Shown here: positions 9,901 through 19,642 of the stretch, in pieces
How positions within the stretch are numbered: the first letter of the stretch is position 1
How the letters are laid out: each line of letters opens with the position of its first letter
Source: Cyanophyceae cyanobacterium
Lineage (GTDB): Bacteria > Cyanobacteriota > Cyanobacteriia > Cyanobacteriales > Laspinemataceae
Direction: 5' to 3'
NCBI GenBank assembly: GCA_038321985.1
Contig: JBBQFN010000022.1
Span: 1 to 64,000 of the forward strand
Length of the DNA stretch: 64,000 bases
Made by a program: the position numbers and the translations under genes
The notes under the pieces: generated by a model
The model's database searches: none
What the model was told of the DNA's origin: nothing
What the model saw: only the letters and a program-made list of their open reading frames with translations

Positions 9901-12154
9901 ACTAGCCGGTGTAAGTGTGTTTGCCAGCGTCCAAACTGAACAAGCCTCTATAGGGGTAGAAAATGCTCAAATCACCGCCATTAGTGCTTCCAGTGAAGCG
10001 CTCTACGTCTCTAATCGGGAATTTGATGCCCTTGTGGAAAGTTTAAGAGCGTGGCGCAAACTCAAGCAAGCCAAAAAGCCAGACTCGGAAACAAAATTGC
10101 GGGTGGCCACTGCCTTACAACAATCTGTCTATGGGGTTCGTGAGCGCAACCGCCTCGAAGAACATGGGGCCGAAGTCTGGAGTGTAGCATTCTCTCCCGA
10201 TGGTCAGTTGATTGTTTCCGGCAGTAATGACACTCAGGTGTTGCTATGGAATCGCAACGGCAGTCTCTATAAAAAGCTGGTAGATTATAGTCTAGAGGCG
10301 ACGGGGACCAGTCATGCCGATGCTGTCACCAGCGTGGCCTTTTCTCCCGATGGGGAATTTATTGCTTCAACCTCCAGAGACCGTACGGTTAAACTCTGGA
10401 AGCGAGATGGCAGCCTTTATAAAACGCTCAATGACCATACCGATAGCATCTATAGCGCTAGTTTTTCCCCGGATAGTCAATTTTTAGCCACGGCAAGTCA
10501 TGATCAAACGGTGAAGTTGTGGCGGGTAGCCGACGGGAGTTTGGTCAGAACTTTTAAAGGTCATACGGATTCGGTGAATTGGGTAACCTTCAGTCCCGAT
10601 GGTCAAACTCTGGCCTCTGCTTCCGATGACAAAACGGTGAAACTTTGGACCCTGGATGGCACCGTGCGCATGACTTTAAGTCTTCATAGCGACTGGGTGA
10701 CGGCGTTGGCATTTAGTCCCGATGGTCGTCATCTGGTTTCAGCCGGGGTGGACCATACGATCGCAGTTACGAATCTGGAGGAACAAACTAGCAAAAGCTG
10801 GAAGGCACATGATGATATTGTGTTTAGCCTCAGCTTTAGTCCCGATGGCCGCTGGTTTGCATCGGCTGGGGATGATAATGCGATTAAAATCTGGAAGTTG
10901 GATGGGACGCCCATTAAAACGTTAAAGGGTCATAGTGGCCGAGTTACCAGCGTTAATTTTAGTCCCGATGGTATGACTTTGGCTTCGGCGAGTTTTGATA
11001 AAACGATTCGCCTTTGGACTTTAAAAGATACGTTTTTGAAGGTCTTAGCTGGGGAGGTCGGTCACTCGGCCAGAGTTTCTAGTATTAGTTTATCTCCCAC
11101 TGGAAAACATTTGGCCTCGGGAAGTTGGGATAAAACGGTGAAAATTTGGAGTTTGGACCCAGGCCGCCCCACAGATTCGGTGATGACGTTAAAGGGTCCC
11201 GAAGGACATAATGATCGCGTGTTTGGGGTCAGTTTCTCTCATGATGGTCGGGCGATCGCCTCGGTCTCTCAAGATTGTACGGTTAAAATTTGGAATGCCA
11301 CCAATGGTACTCTCCTTAAAACTTTGGTCGATCCCAATTTGTCTGGGGATGTCTCCAAGCATTCCGATTGTCCCGCTGAAAGTAGTCACAGCGATCGCGC
11401 CTATTCGGTTAGTTTCTCCCCCGATGGTCAATTAATCGCTTCTGGATCTCGCGATAAAACGGTAAAAATTTGGCGGCTTGATGGTACGTTACTGGGAGTT
11501 TTAGAAGGTCATACCGACCGAGTTAATAGTGTGGCATTTTCCCCCGATGGTCGGCTGATTGTCTCCGGTTCTGATGATAAAATGGTCAAACTTTGGAACA
11601 TTAAGGGTGAACTTGTCCAAACTCTAGCGGGTCGCTATCCTCATCAGTCTTATGTCACGAGTGTGACGTTTTCTCCAGACGGTAAACGCATTGCTTCCGC
11701 CAGTTGGGATAACACGGTAAAAATTTGGCACCTGGATGGAACCTTAGAAAAAACCCTGTTACAAGGCTACAGCGATAGTGTAGAAAGTGTTCGGTTTTCT
11801 CCTGACGGTCGTCTGTTGGTATCCGCCAGTTGGGACGGGACGGTGAAACTTTGGAGTCTCAAGGATGGGACGTTACTCAAAACGCTCCAAGGTCATACTT
11901 CTGGAGTTTTAGATGTGGAATTCAGCCCAAATGGAGAAATTATTGCTTCCGCAGGAGATGACAACAGTGTGATTTTATGGAATTTAGATTTAGATGATTT
12001 AACTCGTCGCGGCTGTACTTGGCTACATGATTATTTCAAATATTCTAAAAATATCAGCGAGGCCGATCGCGCCCTTTGTGAGGAAACGATTAAGGAGCAA
12101 CGATTTCTTAACTCTCACTCCCCTTCTATGCACCAGTTAACTGGGTTTCGGTAA
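6971..12154 (+). CDS. Large STAND-type (nSTAND1-like) NTPase: degenerate NTPase-like N-terminus, TPR-like helices, TM helix, about 14 WD40 repeats (ATG 6971 preferred over TTG 6914)
   Basis: Walker A GDSGVGKSS, Walker B VLVFDQFEEFF, PIELQLVG and YQLVHDYL motifs, hydrophobic GFLGLLTILLAGVSVFASV, repeated H..V.SV.FSPDG...AS.S.D.TVKLW. Confidence 0.9.
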   Translation: MTDLDQPIECSVYNERSLQTLVRAIALSQGNFSLILVRCNYVTLQASMVERLKSLCQEISEGGRSVHSLVLPKTVSTLYSTLVECLGNKQPLAVMIFGLDCTTGLEQLLVSANQVRDEFRNSFPFPLIWWVTEEVLASLIRFAPDFKSWAATSIKFEMETQSLLEVLDKQAGSLIPHLLAQGANASGYEWCIPHSLGPSTRKELESAVKDLQGRGVPLDPQLSASVQFVMGRDEFCCDRLDSAEAHYHESLTLWQQIAGGSTLWDPEQKTQAITPFSISSPDLERLGLLWFHLGLLYCRKAELYQAQSQQHLAEAESYLDRALSLFESGDRLDFLAQFSPLLGKVLARLQHWERLAVQVKKTVDLHEKQPVQLARDYGFLAEVAYAKEDWNGSKDYAQKAITSLALASVPERQEQGLYLYLLARATVPELSSLEPATTQGKLKDAAPSWNQQSQAAIEILNLAQQVSEPERDPQLYISILKLLRSLYFEHREYVDAFRLKQEQRSIETLYGFRAFVGAGLLQPQTPARPQPINQTALSGLAPKHSDFLGLPQEIAAAGRQQHIECLLERMTRADKKLTILYGDSGVGKSSLVNAGFVPALAGRAIGDRLALPVVLRSYTDWVTTLSKRLNEGLRQTLGATPELNPEWPHLEGTALSGDSPTEESLTSPSPKEAALSLLRGNVNRNLLTVLVFDQFEEFFFVNKTPENRQEFYRFLQICLDIPFVKVILSLRTDFLHYLLDCERLCYLDAINNDILSKEIRYRLSDFSTSQAVEVIQRLTERSQFYLETELIEALVQDLANETGQVRPIELQLVGAQLQDDEEKITTLEQYQKLGDRPKEILIARSLVQVIRDCGPDNEKPAWEVLYGLTNQNNTRPLRSQEELAASGDVTPEQLDLILKILEGAGLVFIHREESGDRYQLVHDYLVHPVRQKYETDFGPEARLVKAEEAKKMTQAELEKSNKQLRSQRGFLGLLTILLAGVSVFASVQTEQASIGVENAQITAISASSEALYVSNREFDALVESLRAWRKLKQAKKPDSETKLRVATALQQSVYGVRERNRLEEHGAEVWSVAFSPDGQLIVSGSNDTQVLLWNRNGSLYKKLVDYSLEATGTSHADAVTSVAFSPDGEFIASTSRDRTVKLWKRDGSLYKTLNDHTDSIYSASFSPDSQFLATASHDQTVKLWRVADGSLVRTFKGHTDSVNWVTFSPDGQTLASASDDKTVKLWTLDGTVRMTLSLHSDWVTALAFSPDGRHLVSAGVDHTIAVTNLEEQTSKSWKAHDDIVFSLSFSPDGRWFASAGDDNAIKIWKLDGTPIKTLKGHSGRVTSVNFSPDGMTLASASFDKTIRLWTLKDTFLKVLAGEVGHSARVSSISLSPTGKHLASGSWDKTVKIWSLDPGRPTDSVMTLKGPEGHNDRVFGVSFSHDGRAIASVSQDCTVKIWNATNGTLLKTLVDPNLSGDVSKHSDCPAESSHSDRAYSVSFSPDGQLIASGSRDKTVKIWRLDGTLLGVLEGHTDRVNSVAFSPDGRLIVSGSDDKMVKLWNIKGELVQTLAGRYPHQSYVTSVTFSPDGKRIASASWDNTVKIWHLDGTLEKTLLQGYSDSVESVRFSPDGRLLVSASWDGTVKLWSLKDGTLLKTLQGHTSGVLDVEFSPNGEIIASAGDDNSVILWNLDLDDLTRRGCTWLHDYFKYSKNISEADRALCEETIKEQRFLNSHSPSMHQLTGFR

Positions 12155-12411
12155 ACCCTTTTTCCAATAAGCTAAAATAAGCTGTTAAGCCTTTAAACTA
12201 GAAAAGTCTAGTGAATGCCCCCACTCCCACTCTAATTAAAACTGACACCCATACAGGGGACAACTACATGAACCCGCTTCGTAGTCGAGGGGCGATCGGG
12301 CTATAGTCTGCCTACGCTTTTCTAAGTAGCAAATTAGAGTTTAGAAAACTCGATTTGTATTACCTACAAAACATCTAAATACGGTTCAAATTTTACTACT
12401 CTTTCCATCTC

Positions 12412-12777
12412 ATGTCTGAATTACCCCCTCTCAATTCTGATACCATTTGGAACATTCTTAATGACCAAATTGATGACCAAACTGTGAATCGTTTAGTTTG
12501 GCATTATTTAGGCTATCACTACCAGGAAAGCACTCAAAGTTGGAACGTAAATGCAGTCGATTCTTTGTGGCGCGAAGAATATCCCGAACCTCCAGATTTT
12601 ATTGCCAGCCGACCAGCAACGGTGAAGCTGACTCGTTCTATTCCTAAAGAAAATAAGCAACTTCTTAAAGAAAAGTTAGGTTTTTCGGGATACAAAGTTG
12701 GTGAACTGGTTCCCCGGTTAACCCGTCGTGCTACCATGGCGAATTGGTTATTAAGTTATTTAGAATCTCAGTCCTGA
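12412..12777 (+). CDS. DUF1823-family cyanobacterial protein
   Basis: LVWHYLGY...PPDFIASRPATVKLTRSIPKENKQLLKEKLGFSGYK...TRRATMANWLL. Confidence 0.8.
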   Translation: MSELPPLNSDTIWNILNDQIDDQTVNRLVWHYLGYHYQESTQSWNVNAVDSLWREEYPEPPDFIASRPATVKLTRSIPKENKQLLKEKLGFSGYKVGELVPRLTRRATMANWLLSYLESQS

Positions 12778-13111
12778 TCGGGGGCAAGTGTCGTTTTTCA
12801 CCGGCAATTTAAACTAACTCTTTGATTCATTATTCATATTAAGCAACGAATAATTCTTTTATAAAAAAGGTAGGAGTAAGTATTAAGTTCTTTTTCTTGA
12901 TGTATTGCAGATTATTAACTTCCTAAATTTAAAAATTAAAACTGGGCTAAATCTGTTCAAATTCTGATTGACGGCATTGGGTGTATAGGGCTTAATATTA
13001 AGGGAAGGTAAAAACTGTAAACAAATATTAAGATTATGAATGGCTCGGGGTGGGGCCACCCGTGATGCCACCCCTTTTGGATCAACCGTGAAAACTCTTA
13101 TAGAGACTGCA

Positions 13112-13918
13112 ATGCAACCAACATTTCCCAAAAAACTTCTAATATCCGTGGCGGCTTTCTTCCTGGCTGTATCCGCTTGGGCGATCGCCCCCATTTCTGC
13201 GCAAGCCTATGACAACCCTGAATTACTGCCTTCGATCCAAACCCCAATCATTGATCTGGCTAATTCTCTGACTGTGATCCAGGAAGAGAACTTGATTAAA
13301 GAGTTAGAGGATTTTGAAGCCGAAACGGGCTGGAAACTGAGAGTGCTGACTCAATACGATCGCACCCCCGGTCGCGCCGTCAAAGACTATTGGGACCTCA
13401 ACGATAAAAGTGTTTTGCTGATTGCCGACCCTCGGGGGGGCAATCTCTTAGGATTCAATGTAGGGGATGAGTTGTACCCTTTACTGCCGAGGACCTTCTG
13501 GATCGAGTTGCAAACCCGGTTTGGCAATCAATTTTTCGTCCGGGATAACGGAGAGGACCAGGCGATTCTCAGCGCATTAGGTAGCGTGGAAAACTGCCTG
13601 CGCCAGGGGGGATGCTTAGTTGTACCGGGCTTACCCAGAGAGCAATGGATCCTGACCCTGATTACCTCAATGGTGGGTGGAGTCGTATTTGGGTTTGCAG
13701 CCCATCCTAGAAAAGATCGACAATCTTTTTCCTGGCAATGGGCCTTAATGTTCTCACCCCTGTGGGGCATTTTATTTATTGCGTTTGGTCTGGGTCCGGT
13801 GATTTCACGAACCAGCGATTTTTTACCCTTACTTCGTAACATCTTGGGGTTTATGCTGGGTGCGCTGGTAGCTTATTTAACGCCAATTTTAAATGGGTCC
13901 TCGACTTCCGAAACTTAA
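13112..13918 (+). CDS. TPM-domain membrane protein
   Basis: Signal peptide, GWKLRVLTQYDRTPG and FWIELQTRFGNQFFVRDNGED, three C-terminal TM helices. Confidence 0.8.
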   Translation: MQPTFPKKLLISVAAFFLAVSAWAIAPISAQAYDNPELLPSIQTPIIDLANSLTVIQEENLIKELEDFEAETGWKLRVLTQYDRTPGRAVKDYWDLNDKSVLLIADPRGGNLLGFNVGDELYPLLPRTFWIELQTRFGNQFFVRDNGEDQAILSALGSVENCLRQGGCLVVPGLPREQWILTLITSMVGGVVFGFAAHPRKDRQSFSWQWALMFSPLWGILFIAFGLGPVISRTSDFLPLLRNILGFMLGALVAYLTPILNGSSTSET

Positions 13919-13952
13919 TTTAGGGAAAAAAACCCCTTTTTTATCGGCACCC

Positions 13953-14004
13953 CCCAGACCCTCACGTGATTCGCCCACCGAATCCTTGAGGGTCTGGGTT
14001 TTTT
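13953..14004 (+). terminator. Intrinsic terminator
   Basis: CCCAGACCCTCA...TGAGGGTCTGGG stem followed by a T-run, between convergent genes. Confidence 0.65.
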
Positions 14005-14009
14005 AAAGA

Positions 14010-15521
14010 CTATTTCCATTGCCTGGGTTCTTCCCAACCGGGCTGATAGTGACGCAATAAGGTGGTATCGAGGCTGGGTCCTTCAGCGTCGATCGCAAAG
14101 GTAATGGTTGGATCCGGATGACCCGTCAAGGTTCGCAATAGATCTCCGGTGTCAATACTCCAGAGTTTAATCGTTTTTTCCAGACTGCCAGTGGCTAGCA
14201 TTTTGCCATCGTGACTAATGGTAACGCCGCGAACAATGCCAGAATGAGCGGCGATCGCCCGAATCAAACAGCCCGATTCCAAATTCCAAATTTTAATGGT
14301 TCCATCCTGAGAACCACTGACCAACAGTTGCCCATTAGGGCTAATCGCCAGAGAAATCGCGACGTCGGTATCAATATTAAAAGAGCGAATTAATTCCCCA
14401 GTTTCCAGATTCCAGAGATTGAGTTTCTTATCAATCCCCCCGGTGGCAAGGATGGTCCCATCAGGACTCAGAGAAATCGGGCGCACCGTTCCCGAATGAT
14501 CATTCAGGGTCCGCAGGCGTTGCCCGAGGCGAAGATCCCAGATTTCGATCGTGCCGTCGTAGCCCCCACTCACCAGAATTTTGCTATCTTCACTAATGGC
14601 AATGGCACTCACGCCGCTGGTATGTCCGGCCAGGGACCGAATGAAATCCCCACGACCCCGCTGCCAAATATTTAATTTTTTTTCGGTACTACCACTGGCA
14701 AGAGATTGTCCACCCTGACCCCCCGCGATGGGATAAAAGGACCAGGAATGTCCGCAAAGGGCTTGAGTGACTTCGCGATCGCGCAGTTTCCAAAGTTTAA
14801 TAGTGCCATCGTAACTGCTGCTGGCAACCGTACCGCCATCGGCACTGATGGCAACGGGATAGACATAGTTTGAGAATCCCGTGAGGATGCGTAACCATTC
14901 CGTAGAAGCGGGGATAGCGGTTAGGGATTCGAGATAGACACTCAGTCCCCCGATATAAAAGAGTTCATCAAGGGCGAGGCAGCCGTGGCCCTCGCTCATG
15001 GCGATTAAATGAGTGGGTAAAAATCCAGCTAAAATGGGCTGAGATTGTGACTGGGACGGGGGAATTAGTTCGGGGATGAGGACAAAAATGACGGCAGATT
15101 GGTGCTTAATTTGGGGGAGTTCGAGACTCCAGACAAAGGGCGGACTGGAACTACAAATAGCCTGAACGGAGATGGCGACTGCCGGATTGGCGATCAGGGT
15201 AAAATCGGCACTGCTGTTCGGTTGGGGCGGATTGTCTGGATCAACGCGAGTGACGCGGTGATCTAAATAAGTGGCGATCGCCTCTACCCCAAGCTGATGG
15301 TGCAGGCGATCGCGAAACTGTTCCTCGACAGCCGCTTCGGATTCAGCTTTGGAATATTGCTGCTGACAAGCGGAGTGAATTGCTTTGAACTGTTCACCGG
15401 CGATCGTCACCTGTTCGCCATGCAAACCCGGAGTCTGGCAATGTAGCAGTTGGGCATCATTGTGATTGAGCCGTTTAATAAAATCTGCTTGTTGAAATTT
15501 TAGGGGGGTTGTCCAGTCCAT
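14010..15521 (-). CDS. WD40-repeat protein with about 200-aa N-terminal domain (possibly degenerate nuclease-like fold)
   Basis: About 6-7 WD40 repeats in the C-terminal half; N-terminal MDW...QADFIKRL...ILAGFLPT domain. Confidence 0.8.
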   Translation of the reverse strand: MDWTTPLKFQQADFIKRLNHNDAQLLHCQTPGLHGEQVTIAGEQFKAIHSACQQQYSKAESEAAVEEQFRDRLHHQLGVEAIATYLDHRVTRVDPDNPPQPNSSADFTLIANPAVAISVQAICSSSPPFVWSLELPQIKHQSAVIFVLIPELIPPSQSQSQPILAGFLPTHLIAMSEGHGCLALDELFYIGGLSVYLESLTAIPASTEWLRILTGFSNYVYPVAISADGGTVASSSYDGTIKLWKLRDREVTQALCGHSWSFYPIAGGQGGQSLASGSTEKKLNIWQRGRGDFIRSLAGHTSGVSAIAISEDSKILVSGGYDGTIEIWDLRLGQRLRTLNDHSGTVRPISLSPDGTILATGGIDKKLNLWNLETGELIRSFNIDTDVAISLAISPNGQLLVSGSQDGTIKIWNLESGCLIRAIAAHSGIVRGVTISHDGKMLATGSLEKTIKLWSIDTGDLLRTLTGHPDPTITFAIDAEGPSLDTTLLRHYQPGWEEPRQWK

Positions 15522-15683
15522 TGATTGCTTTTACCGTTTTCCCAAAATTGTACATAAATTGTCTCAGTGGACCTTTGGCGAAGGGCCTTGAAACTTAGAT
15601 CAATCCCTTGGTTCAGATGGCGATCGCCTCGGCAACAAAACACCCTAAAATAGGAACCCCCAATCAAGCTGTAACTCTCCGGC

Positions 15684-17375
15684 TTAATCTAAATACTCCT
15701 CACCCATCTCTTCCAGGGCCCGGGGTTCATCCCCCGGAGTGCGGAGATTCTCCAGCATTATTTGGATTTCTAGGGGCGGTGGTGGAGTCAGGCGAGACAC
15801 AATTAAAGTAACGGCAAAATTAATAATCATCCCAATAGTGCCGATGCCTTCAGCGGAAATGCCAAACAACCACGGTTCTATCCCGTAGAAATTCACGGCG
15901 ATAATATAGTAGGCCGTGAAGGCCAAACCTGCAATCATCCCAGCGATAGCGCCTTCTCGATTAGTGCGCCCATCAAAAATGCCCAAAATAATCGCCGGGA
16001 AAAAGCTAGCAGCGGCTAAACCAAAGGCAAAAGCCACCACCTGCGCCACAAATCCTGGGGGGTTGATCCCAAAATATCCGGCAATGGCAATAGCAAACCC
16101 GACCATGATTCGTCCTACTAGCACCCGCTTGGCTTCCGAGGCCCTGGGATTGATCAGGCGGTAATAAATATCATGGGCAATGGAACTAGAAATCACCAGC
16201 AATAAGCCCGATGCGGTAGACAAGGCGGCGGCTAATCCTCCGGTTGCAACCAGGGCCACGACCCAAGGGGCCAGATTGGCAACTTCTGGGGTAGACAAGA
16301 CGATGATATCCCGGTCGATGTTAATTTCATTGGTTTCCGGGTCCGGTGTTAGTTCTAAAAGTCCATCGCCGTTCTTATCCTCAAAGTTTAATAAGCCGGT
16401 GTTTTCCCATTTTGTCGCCCAATCCAGTTGGCGGACCTGTTCGATAGATTGGCCGTTCAAGTTGTTAATTAAGTTGTAGCGGGCAAAGGTGGACAAGGCG
16501 GGGGCGGTGGTATAGAGAATGGCGATAAACAGGAGCGCCCAACCTGCGGAATAGCGGGCGGCTCGAACGTTGGTGACGGTATAAAATCTAACGATAACGT
16601 GGGGCAATCCGGCAGTTCCCGCCATCAGGGCAACGGTGATGAACAGGACATCCAGCATGGACTTTTGGGTAAAGGGTTGCGTATATTCAGCAAATCCCAG
16701 GTCAAGCTGAATTTGATTGAGTTTGGGAACGATATCGCTGAAGGTAAAGGCCAGTTGGGGGATAGGGTTGCCGGTGAGTTGAAAGGAAAGGGCGACTGCC
16801 GGGATCAGGTAAGCGAGAATTAATACGGTGTATTGAGCGACCTGGGTCCAGGTAATCCCTTTCATGCCCCCCAATACGGCAAAAAATCCCACAATAATCA
16901 TGCCGATGATCACCCCTTGGGTGATATCGACTTGCAGAAACCGGCTAAAGACGATACCAACCCCGCGCATCTGTCCGGCAACATAAGTGAGGGAAATAAA
17001 AATGGCAGCAACGACGGCAACTAAGCGGGCGACGTTGGAGTAGTAGCGATCGCCGACAAAATCTGGGACGGTATATTTTCCAAATTTCCGCAGGTAGGGG
17101 GCCAACAACAAGGCAAGGAGGACGTAGCCTCCTGTCCATCCCATCAGATAAATGGATCCGTCATAACCGAGCACGGAGATTAATCCCGCCATTGAGATAA
17201 AGGAGGCAGCAGACATCCAGTCGGCAGCAGTGGCGGCACCGTTGGCGATCGCGGGAATTCCCTGTCCGGCAATGAAGAAGCCTTTACTATCTTTAACCCG
17301 CGATCGCCAGCCGATATAGGTGTACCCCATAAAGGAGAGAATGACCAATAATGTTGTCCATACTTCTACTGACAT
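15684..17375 (-). CDS. actP: Sodium:solute symporter, cation/acetate symporter ActP-like
   Basis: ATAADWMSAASF, GTAGLPHVIVRFYTV, many TM helices; preceded by a small DUF4212 gene. Confidence 0.88.
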   Translation of the reverse strand: MSVEVWTTLLVILSFMGYTYIGWRSRVKDSKGFFIAGQGIPAIANGAATAADWMSAASFISMAGLISVLGYDGSIYLMGWTGGYVLLALLLAPYLRKFGKYTVPDFVGDRYYSNVARLVAVVAAIFISLTYVAGQMRGVGIVFSRFLQVDITQGVIIGMIIVGFFAVLGGMKGITWTQVAQYTVLILAYLIPAVALSFQLTGNPIPQLAFTFSDIVPKLNQIQLDLGFAEYTQPFTQKSMLDVLFITVALMAGTAGLPHVIVRFYTVTNVRAARYSAGWALLFIAILYTTAPALSTFARYNLINNLNGQSIEQVRQLDWATKWENTGLLNFEDKNGDGLLELTPDPETNEINIDRDIIVLSTPEVANLAPWVVALVATGGLAAALSTASGLLLVISSSIAHDIYYRLINPRASEAKRVLVGRIMVGFAIAIAGYFGINPPGFVAQVVAFAFGLAAASFFPAIILGIFDGRTNREGAIAGMIAGLAFTAYYIIAVNFYGIEPWLFGISAEGIGTIGMIINFAVTLIVSRLTPPPPLEIQIMLENLRTPGDEPRALEEMGEEYLD

Positions 17376-17378
17376 AAG

Positions 17379-17639
17379 TTAGTCTCTCCGATTCTTGTCG
17401 TATTTGCGATCGAGTTTATCCATTTGAATGGCATAGATAAAAATTAGGATCACAAAGATAAAAATGGATCCTTGCTGAGCCATCCAAAAGCCGAAAGGCA
17501 GCCTTCCAAGCCGAATTAGGTTAAGGGGTTGCACCCATAAAATGCTGCAACCAATCGAGACTACTCCCCAAACGATGAGAAGGTTTCGGATTAAGGCTTT
17601 GTTGGCACGCCAATACGCGGAACGATTCCCGTCATTCAT
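17379..17639 (-). CDS. DUF4212 small membrane partner of the solute symporter
   Basis: AYWRAN...PFGFWMAQQGSI...MDKLDRKY; 3 nt upstream of actP. Confidence 0.88.
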   Translation of the reverse strand: MNDGNRSAYWRANKALIRNLLIVWGVVSIGCSILWVQPLNLIRLGRLPFGFWMAQQGSIFIFVILIFIYAIQMDKLDRKYDKNRRD

Positions 17640-18124
17640 GATTTTTTATCCAGGAGAGTCTGAAGAAAGCAGTTCACTCAGCATACAGTGGGATGCTTTG
17701 GGTACGCTAGAGGGAGAGATATTTTCGCCTGGGGAGAAAATAGGACGGGGTAAGCGATCGCCACGTGAGTAGAAGTGTGATATATTATGGCTACAGATAC
17801 CCATACAGTTTTTTTTGGGGATCGCTAGCCGAAAGTGAGAGAAAATCCCGGCGATCGCCCTGATATGACTACTTTCCTGCTTTGGCGCTACAGTTGCCGC
17901 TTTGTTTCTAAGGTTTAAAAGGCGAGTGTTCTTTCTTTTTTCCAAGTTCTATCATTGGGGACTGTCTTGCAACTTTTAGCATTCTCTTTGGGTCTCTTGT
18001 AATTGCCCGGGATGACCGAATTTTTCTTTCATTTCTGGGGTTAAGCCCCGGTTAATCTGCCTTTTGAAATAGAGTAGGAAGAGTCTTTTGAACTCCCTAT
18101 TCCTATAAGGGGAGATTGTGCCTT

Positions 18125-18140
18125 TGTGATTAGTATCACA
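18125..18140. promoter_or_regulatory. CRP-family (SyCRP1-type) binding site
   Basis: Perfect TGTGA-TTAGTA-TCACA in the divergent actP/SDR intergenic region. Confidence 0.6.
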
Positions 18141-18717
18141 CCTATGGCTAGGAATCCACGGCTATAACCCTTAGAGCAAGGTCATTTTAAAATTTATTGC
18201 GGAAGCCGTCTAAAAGTTTATGAAGAAATATTGCAGTTGCTTGATTTTACTGCTAACGTATGCTTAAGGGCGACTTGAGTCCATACTCGTATCTAGGAGG
18301 CTTGCCCACCATGTACCAAAACCCAACAGATACAGTTCGCGACTAGGAAAAGGACCGAAGGGGAAATGGCGACAGCGATCGCGTAACATTCAACACCAAA
18401 ATGCGCGAGGGCGGAGCGTCAATTCAACGACACTTGCGGATTGGGTTTCCCAAGAAGAATTTGCGTCCCCGGCGTTGGCTCCATCAACTTAATTAGACTT
18501 TGAAGGATTTTCAACCGGCATTTTTATGAAGGGTTCAGCACTTGTATAACCTGCAAACTCCGGAAACAATTCATAAAAATAGCTGATGCTACTGATTGCA
18601 ATTAACTTATCCTTCTGATCGCCACAACTGGTGACTCGATGAAGTGCCGAAAAATATCAACAATATCGGCACGAAACGGGTAGAGGGATAAGACCTCAAG
18701 TATGGAGGCTTCATTTG

Positions 18718-19569
18718 ATGAATATTCAAGAAAAGACTGCACTAATTACTGGGGCGTCCCGTGGAATTGGACGGGCGATCGCTCTAGAGTTGGCTCACCA
18801 GGGCATGAAACGGATCATTCTCGTCGCCCGCGATCGCGAAAAATTAGCGGAAGTGGAAACCGAAATTGCAGCACTCGGGGTAGAGGTAGTGAGTCTCCCT
18901 TTAGATCTCACGCAACCTGTGGAGGTCGATATTGCGATCGCCAAAGCCTGGAAGCATCACGGTCCCATTCACCTTTTGGTCAATTGTGCCGGAGTCGCAC
19001 ACCAGACCCCATTTTTGCAGTCGAAATTCCCTAAAATTCAGGAAGAACTTTCCCTCAACATCATGGGAATGTATGAGATCACCCGGATGGTTGCCAAACG
19101 CATGGCAGCACGCCAAGAGGGCACTATCGTCAACGTTTCCAGCTTAATGGGGAAAGTGGCAGCACCTACTATGTCTACCTATTCGGCTACCAAGTTCGCC
19201 ATCCTCGGCTTTACTCAAGCCTTGCGTGGGGAGTTAGCAGAACATAATATCAAAGTGGTCGCACTTTTGCCCACCCTCACCGATACCGACATGGCGAAAA
19301 ACTTACAATTGTTTCGCTGGGTTGTGCCGATGACGCCGCAACAAGTGGCAAAGGCACTGGTATCGGGACTCCATAAAGACTCCTCGGAGATCCTAGTAGG
19401 ATGGCAAAGTCATCTAGCCGTTTTATGCCAACGGATTGCACCGTGGCTGTTGGATAAAATGTTATTGATGGCGTCTCCTCTATCCCCCAATCGGGAGAAG
19501 CGCTATTACCGCCAGAATCGGGCCAGCGATCGCCTACTGACAGAGGCGGCTGCCGCTGCTTCCCGTTAG
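18718..19569 (+). CDS. Short-chain dehydrogenase/reductase
   Basis: TGASRGIG, NCAG, YSATK catalytic motif. Confidence 0.93.
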   Translation: MNIQEKTALITGASRGIGRAIALELAHQGMKRIILVARDREKLAEVETEIAALGVEVVSLPLDLTQPVEVDIAIAKAWKHHGPIHLLVNCAGVAHQTPFLQSKFPKIQEELSLNIMGMYEITRMVAKRMAARQEGTIVNVSSLMGKVAAPTMSTYSATKFAILGFTQALRGELAEHNIKVVALLPTLTDTDMAKNLQLFRWVVPMTPQQVAKALVSGLHKDSSEILVGWQSHLAVLCQRIAPWLLDKMLLMASPLSPNREKRYYRQNRASDRLLTEAAAAASR

Positions 19570-19614
19570 GGAGTTTCCAAAAACACCTAGTCTGTAATAT
19601 CTAGTAAATATCTA

Positions 19615-19642
19615 GTAGGGGCAGTATCAAAATTGCCCCTAC
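19615..19642. repeat. GTAG-type REP-like palindrome
   Basis: GTAGGGGCA-gtatcaaaat-TGCCCCTAC; relatives at 32218, 42014 and 55618. Confidence 0.55.

Noticed and set aside
10150..12000. Periodic repeats suggesting a CRISPR array or DGR
   Set aside because: These are coding WD40 repeats, degenerate at DNA level. No identical repeat-spacer pattern or reverse transcriptase is present.
18718..19569. SDR as the heterocyst inhibitor HetN
   Set aside because: It lacks the RGSGR pentapeptide; the equivalent position reads RQEGT.
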